This document shows, one piece after another, positions 17,455 through 27,318 of a DNA stretch of 63,053 bases; position 1 is the first letter of the stretch, and every line of letters starts with the position of its first letter. The translations under genes and the position numbers were made by a program. The notes under the pieces are model-generated. The model did not search any database. It saw only the letters and a list, made by a program, of their open reading frames with translations, and was not told the origin of the DNA. The stretch is from a virus (lineage: Duplodnaviria > Caudoviricetes), in IMG/VR virus record IMGVR_UViG_3300027304_000136, positions 1-63,053 of that record. One strand, written 5' to 3'.

Positions 17455-18230
17455 AACATGTAAAACTTTTTGAAGATTTTATTAATGAGTTTGATACCGG
17501 TAAAGTATTACTAGGTGATCCTTCTGTTTTAGGTAGACCCAATAAATGGGAAGATCTTGGAATAGAATTTGAACCTAATACTGCCGATGAAACTCAATTA
17601 ATACAATTAATAAAAGATTGGATCTTTAGCGTAAAAGCAAATCCAAAAATGGGTCAGATACTAAAAGAATTATTGCCTTTAAAAAAGAAGTTTCCAAAAG
17701 TATTAGAACCATCTGAAGGTAGAACAGTTTATGAGGGTACTTCACTTTATAGAGGTACCATGGTACCGTTTAAAGACGTGCTAGCACTTAAGGGTAAATG
17801 GAAATATAACGACACTGTTGATATATTTGGTGGCAGTCTGAATCTTAATGTATCTTATAATTGGGAGAGCATTAATAAAAAAGGATTTACTTCATTTACA
17901 CCTTCTATTGAAATAGCCGAAGATTTCGCAGGGAGTCTTAGCACAGAATACTATGGTGAAATCGTGGCATCTAAAACGGTTGTCAAAAGAGTATTAGACG
18001 GAACTAAAGACGGAATGATTCCTGTAATTATTAAAATTAAAGATACGCATCCTTTAGCTATTATGAACCCCGTATTTACTCAATCGGTTCACGAGTTTAT
18101 GAATGAGTATGAGGTGTTTGTTATTGGAAATAAAATTAAAGTCGATGAGATTATAATTCCAGGGTGGCAATATTACGAAAGAGACGCTAAAGAATTAGGA
18201 GCAGATATTACAAAATATTTTAACATATAA
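17451..18230 (+). CDS. Leader-family protein, putative ADP-ribosyltransferase
   Basis: MKHVKLFEDFINE leader; LYRG ... FTSFT ... EYEV R-S-E motif. Confidence 0.65.
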   Translation: MKHVKLFEDFINEFDTGKVLLGDPSVLGRPNKWEDLGIEFEPNTADETQLIQLIKDWIFSVKANPKMGQILKELLPLKKKFPKVLEPSEGRTVYEGTSLYRGTMVPFKDVLALKGKWKYNDTVDIFGGSLNLNVSYNWESINKKGFTSFTPSIEIAEDFAGSLSTEYYGEIVASKTVVKRVLDGTKDGMIPVIIKIKDTHPLAIMNPVFTQSVHEFMNEYEVFVIGNKIKVDEIIIPGWQYYERDAKELGADITKYFNI

Positions 18231-18784
18231 TGAAACATGTAAAACTATTTGAAGATTTCATGAATGAATTCCAGATTCCATCGAATAAATGGATCGATAT
18301 GGATCTAAAGAAGATCGATAAGGATGGAATGCAAGAAATCTGGGATATGTACACTAAGACATATTTAGATGCGGGCATGGACCTTTCAGCTGACGATTGG
18401 CAAGAAATGCAGTCGAAGTATAAGGCAACTGCCCTAAAAGATGTCGATTCAGACAATGCTGCCGATGCATTCATTATTTACAAACCTACAAAATGGGGAA
18501 ACAAGATTGCCTTATTAGGAACTAACGGTAAGAAAGAAGCCAAATCCGATGTTGTTAAAAAATTATTACAATTTGTTAATACCAAGGGTTGGTTTATTGA
18601 AGCAAGTTTAAAGATGGAAGAAATTCTGTCTAAGTCAGGAGCTCCAGTTATTACCGATGAAGAAATGATTAGAGATGTTGTTGGAGCAGACAAACAACCA
18701 GAATTTACTGGAGATGGTTATTACACCCGATTCCTTTCAAAAGCTGGTAAAAGAATTACAAAAAGAATCTACGGCAAAATATGA
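18230..18784 (+). CDS. Leader-family hypothetical protein
   Basis: MKHVKLFEDFMNE leader. Confidence 0.8.
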   Translation: MKHVKLFEDFMNEFQIPSNKWIDMDLKKIDKDGMQEIWDMYTKTYLDAGMDLSADDWQEMQSKYKATALKDVDSDNAADAFIIYKPTKWGNKIALLGTNGKKEAKSDVVKKLLQFVNTKGWFIEASLKMEEILSKSGAPVITDEEMIRDVVGADKQPEFTGDGYYTRFLSKAGKRITKRIYGKI

Positions 18785-19188
18785 AACCTCTAAAGATATT
18801 TGAAGATTTTATCAATGAAGCAAAAGATGTTGAATCAGCGGTTGCTAAAATTGATGCTTTGCCAAAAGGTGCAATATTTGATGATGCAAAAAGAATCGAC
18901 GATATTTTTGATATTACAAAACATTCTTGGAGCGATGTCGTAAATGCATTTGAAAAGAATGAGAAAGATGCCAAGACAAAATCAGTAAATGTAAAAGACA
19001 TTCAAATTACTCAACGTAATATTCAAAGTAATAAAGTTAAGGAAATGATTAGTCGAGATGGTAAATTAAAAACAATCAATGTTGTACAATTTCCTGATGG
19101 ACTAGCAATATATGATGGACACCATCGTTTAACAACAGCATGGGCGCTTGGCGAAACTAAAATAAAAGTTAATCTTGTAAAGATATGA
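18781..19188 (+). CDS. Leader-family protein with ParB/Srx-like domain
   Basis: MKPLKIFEDFINE; IYDGHHR. Confidence 0.75.
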   Translation: MKPLKIFEDFINEAKDVESAVAKIDALPKGAIFDDAKRIDDIFDITKHSWSDVVNAFEKNEKDAKTKSVNVKDIQITQRNIQSNKVKEMISRDGKLKTINVVQFPDGLAIYDGHHRLTTAWALGETKIKVNLVKI

Positions 19189-19877
19189 AACCAATAAAAT
19201 TATTCGAAGCATTTATTAATGAAAATGATACAGAAGAATTAGTTAATTCAATTCAATTCGGTAATCCTGTATTAGAGCATGTTGAACTAATTAATTCTGA
19301 GTGTGCTGTTAAATCTTGGTTTATAGATAACAATATGGCGCAAATAATCATTAATGAGGCTCCATCAAATTCAAGCGAAATAACACATCAGGATCTTAAA
19401 GAATTAGAAACTAAATTAAAATCAACAACACCCGAAGAAATAGCTTTTGCTAGACATGTAGATAACGTTGAAAACTACGCAAACATGTTCTTAGATATTA
19501 TTAAAGAAGAGGAGCCTACTATTTCAATGGGCGACTTTTTTAGAGTAGATTCTCAAACTGAACCGATTCTATATTATTTAAAAGATAAAATCAATAGACC
19601 TAGACCATATCAATTGGCTAAAGCTCTACAATACGATATCAATCCTATTATTAAGACCGATGCTTGTAGTGCAGCTTACCCATCAGGTCATGCTCTATCT
19701 GCATATTTCATGAGTCAATATTTTGCAAATAAATATCCTAGTTTAAAAGAAAGTTTATTAGAACTAGGAGAAAGGATCGCTGATAGTAGAGTAAATGTTG
19801 GAATTCATTTTCCATCAGATAGCAAAATTTCAAAAGAGATAGCTGAGACCATAATAAAAAACAATTTAATAGACTAA
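19185..19877 (+). CDS. Leader-family PAP2/acid phosphatase
   Basis: MKPIKLFEAFINE; K...RPRP, YPSGH, SRV..GIHFPSD. Confidence 0.88.
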   Translation: MKPIKLFEAFINENDTEELVNSIQFGNPVLEHVELINSECAVKSWFIDNNMAQIIINEAPSNSSEITHQDLKELETKLKSTTPEEIAFARHVDNVENYANMFLDIIKEEEPTISMGDFFRVDSQTEPILYYLKDKINRPRPYQLAKALQYDINPIIKTDACSAAYPSGHALSAYFMSQYFANKYPSLKESLLELGERIADSRVNVGIHFPSDSKISKEIAETIIKNNLID

Positions 19878-20332
19878 TGAAATACGTAAAACTATTTGAA
19901 GAATTCACACCAAATACGGTAACTTGCGAAAACTGCGCATGGCAATGGAAAATGCAAGACGGAGGAAAAGATGTTTTTGTTTGTCACGAATGTGGACATG
20001 ATAATTCTCCAAAATTCATGAATGAATCAGAAGAAAAAGCCAAAGGAGATAGAGGACCTATTGATAATGACGCTATTGAAACTGGCCTAAAAAATAAAGC
20101 CAAAGAATCAGGAGTTCCATTAGCACTACTTCGCTTAGTAATGAGACGTGGCATGGACGCATGGAACAGTGGACACCATCCTGGAGCAACACAAGAACAA
20201 TGGGGTTACGCTAGAGTAAATGCCTTCTTAGAAAAGGGTGAAGGTACATGGCAGAATGCCGATAAGGATATTGCCAAAGAGGTAAGAGATGGCGGTCATG
20301 ATGGAAAATTACCATATAAAGATAAAGAGTAA
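19877..20332 (+). CDS. Leader-family protein: Zn ribbon plus DUF5824-like domain
   Basis: MKYVKLFEEF; CENC/CHEC; RRGM.AW.SGH.PGATQEQW.YARVN.F. Confidence 0.7.
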   Translation: MKYVKLFEEFTPNTVTCENCAWQWKMQDGGKDVFVCHECGHDNSPKFMNESEEKAKGDRGPIDNDAIETGLKNKAKESGVPLALLRLVMRRGMDAWNSGHHPGATQEQWGYARVNAFLEKGEGTWQNADKDIAKEVRDGGHDGKLPYKDKE

Positions 20333-20448
20333 TAAAATTAGATTTGAAACAATTTAATTTTTAGCGATATATAATAATGAATGTAACTCAGGCGCATTCA
20401 ATGACTTATCGAATGAGAGTCAAAATTAAAAAAATAGATTTAAGAACT

Positions 20449-20868
20449 ATGACACGAATCACAAAAAACATGGACGCATTTGACGTTCTATTTAAAAACT
20501 TTTTCAACAATGATTCATTTTTCTCACCAGTGATTGACTCAAGAATTGGTCATCCGGTAGACATATATGAAGATGAAAAAGGTCTGCACTTTGAAGTTGC
20601 AGGAACAGGTCTTACAAAAGAAGACATCAAAATCTCTATCGAAGGAGATGTATTAAAAATCTCACATGATAAGGAATCTCCAGAAATTAGTAATGAGAGA
20701 AACTATTATCACAGAGGAATCTCTAGGAAGTCTTTTGACTTAGGATATAGAATTCCTTTAACCAAATTTAATTTAGCCGAAGCCGAAGCTGGAATGGAGA
20801 ATGGTTTACTTACCATTTATATTCCAATTGCTGAAGAAGCTAAACCAAAAACTCTAAATATTAAATAA
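20449..20868 (+). CDS. Small heat-shock protein Hsp20
   Basis: PVDIYE, RGISRKSF, A.MENGLL.I.IP alpha-crystallin motifs; start uncertain. Confidence 0.92.
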   Translation: MTRITKNMDAFDVLFKNFFNNDSFFSPVIDSRIGHPVDIYEDEKGLHFEVAGTGLTKEDIKISIEGDVLKISHDKESPEISNERNYYHRGISRKSFDLGYRIPLTKFNLAEAEAGMENGLLTIYIPIAEEAKPKTLNIK

Positions 20869-20897
20869 CAAACAGCGCCTGATAACATTCATAAAAT

Positions 20898-20990
20898 TGT
20901 TAATAACTTTTTTGAATCCGGATGAAAATACTTTCATTCGGATTTTTTTATGTCAAAAATTATGTTTATATTTACATATAACAAATTAAC
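20898..20990 (+). promoter_or_regulatory. Class A promoter with upstream TGTTAATAAC box and terminator hairpin
   Basis: TGTTAATAAC ... TTTTTATGTCAAAAATTATGTTTATATTTACATATAACAAATTAAC. Confidence 0.8.
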
Positions 20991-20999
20991 AATAACATT

Positions 21000-21479
21000 A
21001 TGATGACAGAAGCTCAAATCCAAGAACAATCGATTATCGAATCTAAATTATCTGCTGGTAAAGGAGATACTCTTACTGATCGTGAGAATATGCTTCTTTT
21101 GTATTCTGATTTTCACAAGGACGCTTACGGTTTCCGTCCTCATACTGTTAATGTATATGCTATGACAACCGAAGAGTTGGAAGCTGACTTTGACAGTTTT
21201 TCTCAAGTATGTAAGGAAAACGCTGAGTTTGAGGCTAAAGCCGAAGCTCAAGCTGTCGAAGCTTTTAAAGCAGTCCTTAAAAAGACTGTTTCAATTGGAG
21301 CTGGTAATGAAGCTACCGCTCTTCGTTGGATTGCTGAAGCTGCATACGATGAGTATGGTTTCGATTTTGAACATTACCTTTGGAACCAAGGTATTTTACA
21401 TACCGATTACGGTAAGAAGATTGGCAAGAAGATTGCACCGATCTTCGGTAAAATTTACGCAGCAAAACAAGCTGCGTAA
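21000..21479 (+). CDS. Hypothetical phage protein
   Basis: YSD.HKDAYGFRP; GA.NEATALRW. Confidence 0.8.
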   Translation: MMTEAQIQEQSIIESKLSAGKGDTLTDRENMLLLYSDFHKDAYGFRPHTVNVYAMTTEELEADFDSFSQVCKENAEFEAKAEAQAVEAFKAVLKKTVSIGAGNEATALRWIAEAAYDEYGFDFEHYLWNQGILHTDYGKKIGKKIAPIFGKIYAAKQAA

Positions 21480-21481
21480 AT

Positions 21482-21565
21482 TGTTAATAACTTTTTTGAA
21501 AATACTTCACTAAAAGTTTTACCGATTGAAATATTATGTTTATATTTACATATAACAAATTAACA
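21482..21565 (+). promoter_or_regulatory. Class A promoter with TGTTAATAAC box
   Basis: Same motif set. Confidence 0.8.
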
Positions 21566-21575
21566 AAGATACATT

Positions 21576-21857
21576 ATGAACTACTCACAAATCCTTTCTC
21601 AAATCAACACCCTTTCTACTGCCGAACTTTCACAGTTAAACGCAGATCTTATTGACATTATTAAATTACGCCGCAGACAAGATGCTCGTATGGTAAAACG
21701 TTCTTTAGAAGTTGGTATGACCGTTAGGGTTAACCATCCTCAAGCTGCTGGTAAAACATTTCAAGTTGTTAAAATCAATCGTACTAAAGTACATTTAAGA
21801 GAAGCTGGTAAACTATCTCTTATTTCTGCTCCACTTAGTTTAACTGAGGCAATTTAA
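21576..21857 (+). CDS. Hypothetical protein (C-terminal SH3/KOW-like)
   Basis: LEVGMTVRV...VVKINRTK. Confidence 0.75.
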   Translation: MNYSQILSQINTLSTAELSQLNADLIDIIKLRRRQDARMVKRSLEVGMTVRVNHPQAAGKTFQVVKINRTKVHLREAGKLSLISAPLSLTEAI

Positions 21858-21889
21858 TAAACAAATCAATAAATCTAAATATAATAAAT

Positions 21890-23194
21890 ATGGAAAAGAC
21901 GCTTAATTTACTAAACGATTTCATTCTAGAATCAAACGAAACAAATTCTAACACAGACAAAATCAATGTTATTAAAAGATTCGCTGGTTACCCTGAAATT
22001 GTAAAAGCATTTGAGTACACATACTCGCCTTTCAAGAAATATTATGTCACTTCTAAAAACTGTCAAACACGCAACGAATTGGTTGCTCCATCGAATCTTT
22101 ATACTAATATTTTTAGCCTTTTGGATGACCTTAGTGATCGTAATATCACTGGTCACTCCGCTATTCAGGCTGTCAATTCGTTTGTTAGCGAAAATGCTGA
22201 ATTCGAGGAGATAATTTGGATGATTTTAGATCGTAATCTTAAAACACGATCAACTGCATCTATGATTAATAAGGTAATACCTGGTTGTATTCCTGCATTC
22301 GAGGTTGCATTAGCTGCCACGTATAATGAAGATACAAAGAAAAAAGTTAAATGGTCAGACGATTGGTTCGTTAGCCGAAAACTAGATGGTTGCCGTTGTA
22401 TTTGCGTAATGAACTCAAATGGCGAAGTTAATTTCTACTCAAGAGCTGGAAATGAATTTGAAACTCTTGGAGCTATCAAAGCTGAATTAAGCCGACTTCC
22501 ACAGAATCTAGTACTTGATGGAGAGATTTGTATGATGGATGAGAATGGTAACGAAGATTTCCAAGGTATTATGAAGGAAATCAAACGTAAGAACCATACC
22601 ATTAAAAGACCGAAATTCGTAGTTTTTGATATGTTGACTGTTGGAGAATTCGGTTCTCAAACTTCAATTAGAACATTTAGTGAAAGACAACAAAATCTAC
22701 AAGCATGGTTTGAAAATTATGCTGGAGAATTAGATTTTATCGAACCTCTAGAACAGGTTAAAATAGATGGTGAAGATCAGTTTCAAGAATACATTGTTAA
22801 AGCAACCCAAAATAAATGGGAAGGTTTAATGTTGAGAAAAGATGCGCCATATCAAGGTAAAAGAAGCAATGATATTATGAAAGTTAAACAATTCTTTGAT
22901 AATGAATATGTTGTTGTTGATGTTCAAATGGGACCAAACAGAGTTATTGTTGATGGAGTTGAAGTTGAAGAGGTTATGCTACGAAATGTAGTGATAGAAC
23001 ATAAAGGTTGTAAAGTTGCAGTTGGAAGTGGTTTTAACCAAGAACAACGTCGTCAATATTTTAACAATCCAGAAGGTATTTTAGGTAAGACAATTACCGT
23101 ACAATATTTTGAAGAATCAATTAATCAAAATGGAGGTTTCTCTTTGAGATTCCCTGTTATAAAACACGTATACGAAAATGGAAGAACTGTCTAG
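21890..23194 (+). CDS. ATP-dependent DNA ligase
   Basis: KLDG.R, LDGE, FD, EGLM, K.K, VGSGF, LRFP. Confidence 0.96.
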   Translation: MEKTLNLLNDFILESNETNSNTDKINVIKRFAGYPEIVKAFEYTYSPFKKYYVTSKNCQTRNELVAPSNLYTNIFSLLDDLSDRNITGHSAIQAVNSFVSENAEFEEIIWMILDRNLKTRSTASMINKVIPGCIPAFEVALAATYNEDTKKKVKWSDDWFVSRKLDGCRCICVMNSNGEVNFYSRAGNEFETLGAIKAELSRLPQNLVLDGEICMMDENGNEDFQGIMKEIKRKNHTIKRPKFVVFDMLTVGEFGSQTSIRTFSERQQNLQAWFENYAGELDFIEPLEQVKIDGEDQFQEYIVKATQNKWEGLMLRKDAPYQGKRSNDIMKVKQFFDNEYVVVDVQMGPNRVIVDGVEVEEVMLRNVVIEHKGCKVAVGSGFNQEQRRQYFNNPEGILGKTITVQYFEESINQNGGFSLRFPVIKHVYENGRTV

Positions 23195-23405
23195 TAAAAA
23201 TATCTACGTCCCAACCGACGAGATGAGAACAAATAAATTATCATTAACTCCAGGAGGGTCAGTCATAAGAGTATTAAAATTCAGCCATGAGGTTGTATAC
23301 GACAAGATTAAATATCCTGAGATGTATATTCAGAAGTTAATAAATAACTCTACAGACATTGTTAAAATCTTTGTTAATGATACATTAGTCTGGGAAAAGA
23401 AGTAA
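23178..23405 (+). CDS. Hypothetical protein
   Basis: ORF overlapping ligase end. Confidence 0.7.
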   Translation: MEELSSKNIYVPTDEMRTNKLSLTPGGSVIRVLKFSHEVVYDKIKYPEMYIQKLINNSTDIVKIFVNDTLVWEKK

Positions 23406-23407
23406 CT

Positions 23408-24025
23408 ATGATAAGTCTAGCACCACCTAAAGGAAATATTGAATTGCAAAATTACACTAGGTGGTTAACTGAGAACAGGTTAATATTTAAGGTCCTTTCA
23501 GCTGGAGATCCAGTCGAAGGGACCTTATTACTTTCCGGAGGAGCCGATATTGGAAAGAATCTAGTTCGAGATGAATTAGAATTTGGATGGTTAAAAGAAG
23601 CAATCGATAAAAAGTTACCAATTCTTGGAGTTTGTCGCGGAATGCAGGTTATTAATAAGTATTTTGGTGGTTCAGTCGAAAATCTCAGTGATCTTATAGT
23701 TGAAGATCACACTAGCGATAATTTCATGGATGACGTCGATCATAATGATAGATTATCTAACTACCATTGGGTTAAAGACATTAGAGGTGGAGATAAATTT
23801 CTAGTAAATTCAAGGCATCATCAGCACTGTTCAACAATAGGTAAGAATCTCAGAGCAGTTTATTATTCAGCAGATCTAGCAGTCGAAGGATTTGTTAGTC
23901 GTGATGGTATGATATTAGGAATACAGTGGCATCCGGAAAGAAATGAGGTAAATTTACCAAGTTTTGAATCTTGTAAAATGATACCTCTCAATTGGTTAAA
24001 AAATAAATCAAAAATAAGTGAATAA
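23408..24025 (+). CDS. Peptidase C26 / gamma-glutamyl hydrolase (PuuD-like class I glutamine amidotransferase)
   Basis: LLLSGGAD, GVCRGMQ, VNSRHHQ, QWHPE. Confidence 0.92.
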   Translation: MISLAPPKGNIELQNYTRWLTENRLIFKVLSAGDPVEGTLLLSGGADIGKNLVRDELEFGWLKEAIDKKLPILGVCRGMQVINKYFGGSVENLSDLIVEDHTSDNFMDDVDHNDRLSNYHWVKDIRGGDKFLVNSRHHQHCSTIGKNLRAVYYSADLAVEGFVSRDGMILGIQWHPERNEVNLPSFESCKMIPLNWLKNKSKISE

Positions 24026-24028
24026 AAG

Positions 24029-24066
24029 TTTTTTATGTCAAAACTTTTGTTTATATTTACATATAA
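24029..24066 (+). promoter_or_regulatory. Class A promoter
   Basis: TTTTTATGTCAAAACTTTTGTTTATATTTACATATAAC. Confidence 0.8.
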
Positions 24067-24095
24067 CATAATAACAAACAAATAAAAATAACAAC

Positions 24096-24284
24096 ATGGT
24101 AAACAATTTAGAGTTAGGGTATCAGATCGAATTATCTGGAGATTTAATCTTACTTCGTAAAGATGGACAAACATTCAAATGCATCCAAGCTAATCCAAAC
24201 AATGCAACTGAAAAGTTTGATGAGTGGACCATCAAATTAAAAGAACATGTTATAAAACAAAAAAAACAAATTTTGAATAACTAA
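24096..24284 (+). CDS. Hypothetical protein
   Basis: First ORF after promoter. Confidence 0.65.
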   Translation: MVNNLELGYQIELSGDLILLRKDGQTFKCIQANPNNATEKFDEWTIKLKEHVIKQKKQILNN

Positions 24285-24502
24285 TGAATTACTCGCCACA
24301 CGATGGAAAGCACATAGAAGCAATTCTATTTGAGGCATACGGTTACGGAATCCATCAAGAAGTTTCATTAAATGTTGCTAAATATCTAGTAACGCATGAT
24401 GTATCAGCTACTCTACCAAGAGCTCATTTATACGAAGCTGCTCTAAAGCAAGAATACTTTAAAAAATACGGTACAGAATTTAACGATATAATAATTTACT
24501 AA
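24284..24502 (+). CDS. Hypothetical protein
   Basis: Coupled ORF. Confidence 0.65.
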   Translation: MNYSPHDGKHIEAILFEAYGYGIHQEVSLNVAKYLVTHDVSATLPRAHLYEAALKQEYFKKYGTEFNDIIIY

Positions 24503-24503
24503 T

Positions 24504-24776
24504 ATGGAATGTTTCAACTGCAATCGACTAGCAACTAAAAAGTTATCTTTAGAAGCAGACTTTGGATTTCTTAATGTCTGCGATTCTAAAATCTGTAAAG
24601 AAAGGGTAGAATTAGATTTAAAGCGTTTTCAAGAAACATATGAAAATAGCAGAAGCAGGCAAGGTCGATCTAAAGAGCAAGTTGAAGCATCGGAAAGGGC
24701 AGTTACATTTGCAATTACCGCCATGGTAGTAATTACACTCACACTAATATTAATTTCATTTTTAAATAAACAATAA
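24504..24776 (+). CDS. Zn-finger plus C-terminal TM hypothetical protein
   Basis: CFNC...C....C; hydrophobic tail. Confidence 0.65.
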   Translation: MECFNCNRLATKKLSLEADFGFLNVCDSKICKERVELDLKRFQETYENSRSRQGRSKEQVEASERAVTFAITAMVVITLTLILISFLNKQ

Positions 24777-24781
24777 ACATC

Positions 24782-25066
24782 ATGGCAGAATTAACACAAG
24801 AAGAGAAAACATCTAAACTTAGAGAAGAAGTTAGAGCTAGTTTGAAAACAAAAGTTTCTGAAACTACAACAAAGGCATGGACTTTTAAATACTTAAAACA
24901 AACTTATGTATTGCTGTCATTTAGTTCGATGAGAATTGCAAATCTTGCAGTATATGAATCAACTAGAGCTGGTAGAAAAACAGGAGTAACTCCAATAGTT
25001 CATCTTACCGGAAAAACAGATCATTTACTAGCATTCGAAGCCGCGATTGCCATTTTAATACCTTAA
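24782..25066 (+). CDS. Hypothetical protein
   Basis: ORF in operon. Confidence 0.65.
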   Translation: MAELTQEEKTSKLREEVRASLKTKVSETTTKAWTFKYLKQTYVLLSFSSMRIANLAVYESTRAGRKTGVTPIVHLTGKTDHLLAFEAAIAILIP

Positions 25067-25076
25067 TAAATATAGT

Positions 25077-25424
25077 ATGAAAATAACAGTCAGAAGAACC
25101 CAAGAAAGAGTTATTAAAGTAACTACTCTTCCAGTAGAATTAGACACTACTGATTTTCCAAATTTTAAAGGCAAATCAGAGAAGGCATTCTTAGAATATC
25201 TAGCCGAAAATATACCAAATATTCTACGAGATGATTCATATTATGAGCATCCGATTCATTTGGTAATTGATGGTCCTAGCCAAGTTTATTATGATTCGGC
25301 TCAAGAGAAATATGAAGGTGCATTTGAAAGTGGGACTATTAATGAAACAAGTCGAGAAACAGGATGGTTTGATACAAAAAAGGCAATCAAACTAGAAATA
25401 CAATTAACAGAAAATGCAGAGTAA
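25077..25424 (+). CDS. Hypothetical protein
   Basis: ORF in operon. Confidence 0.65.
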   Translation: MKITVRRTQERVIKVTTLPVELDTTDFPNFKGKSEKAFLEYLAENIPNILRDDSYYEHPIHLVIDGPSQVYYDSAQEKYEGAFESGTINETSRETGWFDTKKAIKLEIQLTENAE

Positions 25425-25704
25425 ATTTAACGAGGGAATTCATTTCCTAAAATTTGGAGCAGACTGGTGCAGTCCGTGCAGGGCCATGGAGCCAGTTTTA
25501 AACAAATTTGAAAACGATCATATAAATAGAGTTAACATACATAGGTTTGATGTTGACACAGAGTCTGAGCTTACTGTAGAATTCGGTATTAGAAACATTC
25601 CAACTATAATAGTTATTAAGAATGGTGAAAATATTGATAGACTCAGTGGTGCACAGACAAGTCAAACACTATTAAAAAAATTAGAAGATGCTGAATCCCA
25701 TTAA
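25414..25704 (+). CDS. Thioredoxin
   Basis: FGADWCSPC, IRNIPT. Confidence 0.93.
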   Translation: MQSKFNEGIHFLKFGADWCSPCRAMEPVLNKFENDHINRVNIHRFDVDTESELTVEFGIRNIPTIIVIKNGENIDRLSGAQTSQTLLKKLEDAESH

Positions 25705-26146
25705 TGTTTTAAAGTATTGGTTCTATTTCATTAAAGAACTAGCACTGGTTTTTAAATGCTACCGAGTAGTAAAGAAAATTGAACCAGAATTATACAGTCA
25801 AGGACTTCGTGTAGACTGGATCGGCCGAGTTTATGCGGTAATCAATTTAGAAGGCGACGAATTAAATCAACCAGAATTATTACAACAATCAATCGTATTA
25901 CAATCACTTAGTCCTATTAGCGAAATCTTAGTTAAATATGGTTTATCAGATGTGCTATATCCAGATGTTAGAAAAATAGATGGAAGCGGTTCGTATTTAG
26001 TTATTTTATACCCTGAAACCGACTATGTTGATTTTGGAGCTGTAATCACTGCTACTTTAGCAACTGGAGGTTATGCAACTGCCGTTTGGGCAATTGTTAA
26101 ATTTGTACCATTTGATAAATTAGTCTCTCTATGGCCGAGTCTATAA
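25688..26146 (+). CDS. Hypothetical membrane protein
   Basis: LRVDWIGRVYAVINL; C-terminal TM. Confidence 0.7.
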   Translation: MLNPINVLKYWFYFIKELALVFKCYRVVKKIEPELYSQGLRVDWIGRVYAVINLEGDELNQPELLQQSIVLQSLSPISEILVKYGLSDVLYPDVRKIDGSGSYLVILYPETDYVDFGAVITATLATGGYATAVWAIVKFVPFDKLVSLWPSL

Positions 26147-26877
26147 AACGAGTTGAGGTAAACGGAAATCGATATTACCAAATAAAAAGAGGTCAGCAAT
26201 TGCTTGGTCTCTTTCCTTCTGTCACCACCGTTCTAGGTGGAACTTCTGACAAATCAGGTTTAGATGCATGGAGACAAAGAGTTGGCGAGGAAGAAGCCGA
26301 TAGAATCTCGACACTCTCTATGAATAGAGGAACCGTAATGCATAGACTTATTGAACTTTACAAGCAGTTACCTGGTGGTAACGAGGAGAGACTAGGCTTA
26401 TTAAAGAAGGTCATGCTTAAAGATAAAGAAATCAAAAAATTTGATACTGAATTCATTGAAGAAGGATTTAAATTCTTTATGAAGTTCTGGAACAACCATG
26501 ATCAGTTTTTTGATAAGATTAAAGAAGTCCTAGCAGCTGAGAAATTTTTATGGTCAGCTAAAGGTGGCGGATTTGCTGGAACTGTTGATAATGTTTCCAG
26601 ATTGATCGACGAAAGAGTTATCATTATAGACTATAAGAACAGCAGAAAACCTAAAAAGGACGATTGGATCCAAGATTACTACGTTCAAGCTTCGGCATAT
26701 TTTGTAGCCTTCTGGGAAAGAACTGGTATTCGGCCAATGGGTGCAGAAATATGGATTGCAAATGAAATCGACTCATGCCCTCAGAGATTTACACTAACTG
26801 AAAAGGACTTAAAGCATTACTTTGGAATATTTCAAAAAAGACTAGCCGAATTCAAAAAGAACGAGGTCATTTTTTAA
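26131..26877 (+). CDS. PD-(D/E)xK exonuclease (phage Cas4/lambda-exo-like)
   Basis: PSVTTVL, RGT.MH, GTVD, IIDYK, Q..AY. Confidence 0.9.
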   Translation: MAESIKRVEVNGNRYYQIKRGQQLLGLFPSVTTVLGGTSDKSGLDAWRQRVGEEEADRISTLSMNRGTVMHRLIELYKQLPGGNEERLGLLKKVMLKDKEIKKFDTEFIEEGFKFFMKFWNNHDQFFDKIKEVLAAEKFLWSAKGGGFAGTVDNVSRLIDERVIIIDYKNSRKPKKDDWIQDYYVQASAYFVAFWERTGIRPMGAEIWIANEIDSCPQRFTLTEKDLKHYFGIFQKRLAEFKKNEVIF

Positions 26878-26912
26878 TCAAATATATAAAAGATAAATTA
26901 AACAACTAACTC

Positions 26913-27017
26913 ATGAGCAGAATAATGAACATAATAAAACAATTTTTCAAATCCGTTTGGTTAGGTATTACAATTGCCGAACAAAACCGAGATAAATCTC
27001 AATGGGGTAAATTTTAA
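26913..27017 (+). CDS. 34-aa peptide
   Basis: MSRIMNIIKQFFKSVWLG...QWGKF after an AATATATA motif. Confidence 0.5.
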   Translation: MSRIMNIIKQFFKSVWLGITIAEQNRDKSQWGKF

Positions 27018-27033
27018 AATTAAAACAAAACTT

Positions 27034-27318
27034 ATGAACAAAGTAGAACAATTCTTACAAAAACACTTTACGAAAATCGTAGTGGTATTATTAGTACTAA
27101 TTCTTTTTAAATCATGCGGAACTGGTTCTGATTTAAATACATTAAAAAAAGAAGTAAAGGCACAGCGTGAAATTATCAATGCTCTGCCAACTGCTAAAGA
27201 TTTACAAATTGAGGGTCTTAAATCTGAAAAGAGAATGATTCAGGCAACTGATCGTAAAATCTTAGATGTGCAAAGACAGACTCAAATCGAACAGGAGATA
27301 AAAAAATTAGAAAAATAA
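27034..27318 (+). CDS. Membrane-anchored coiled-coil protein (spanin-like?)
   Basis: TM ending FKSC then coiled coil; ATG 27034. Confidence 0.6.
   Translation: MNKVEQFLQKHFTKIVVVLLVLILFKSCGTGSDLNTLKKEVKAQREIINALPTAKDLQIEGLKSEKRMIQATDRKILDVQRQTQIEQEIKKLEK

Noticed and set aside
26131-26877. Cas4-like nuclease as part of a CRISPR-Cas system
   Set aside because: Stand-alone phage PD-(D/E)xK exonuclease; no array or other cas genes
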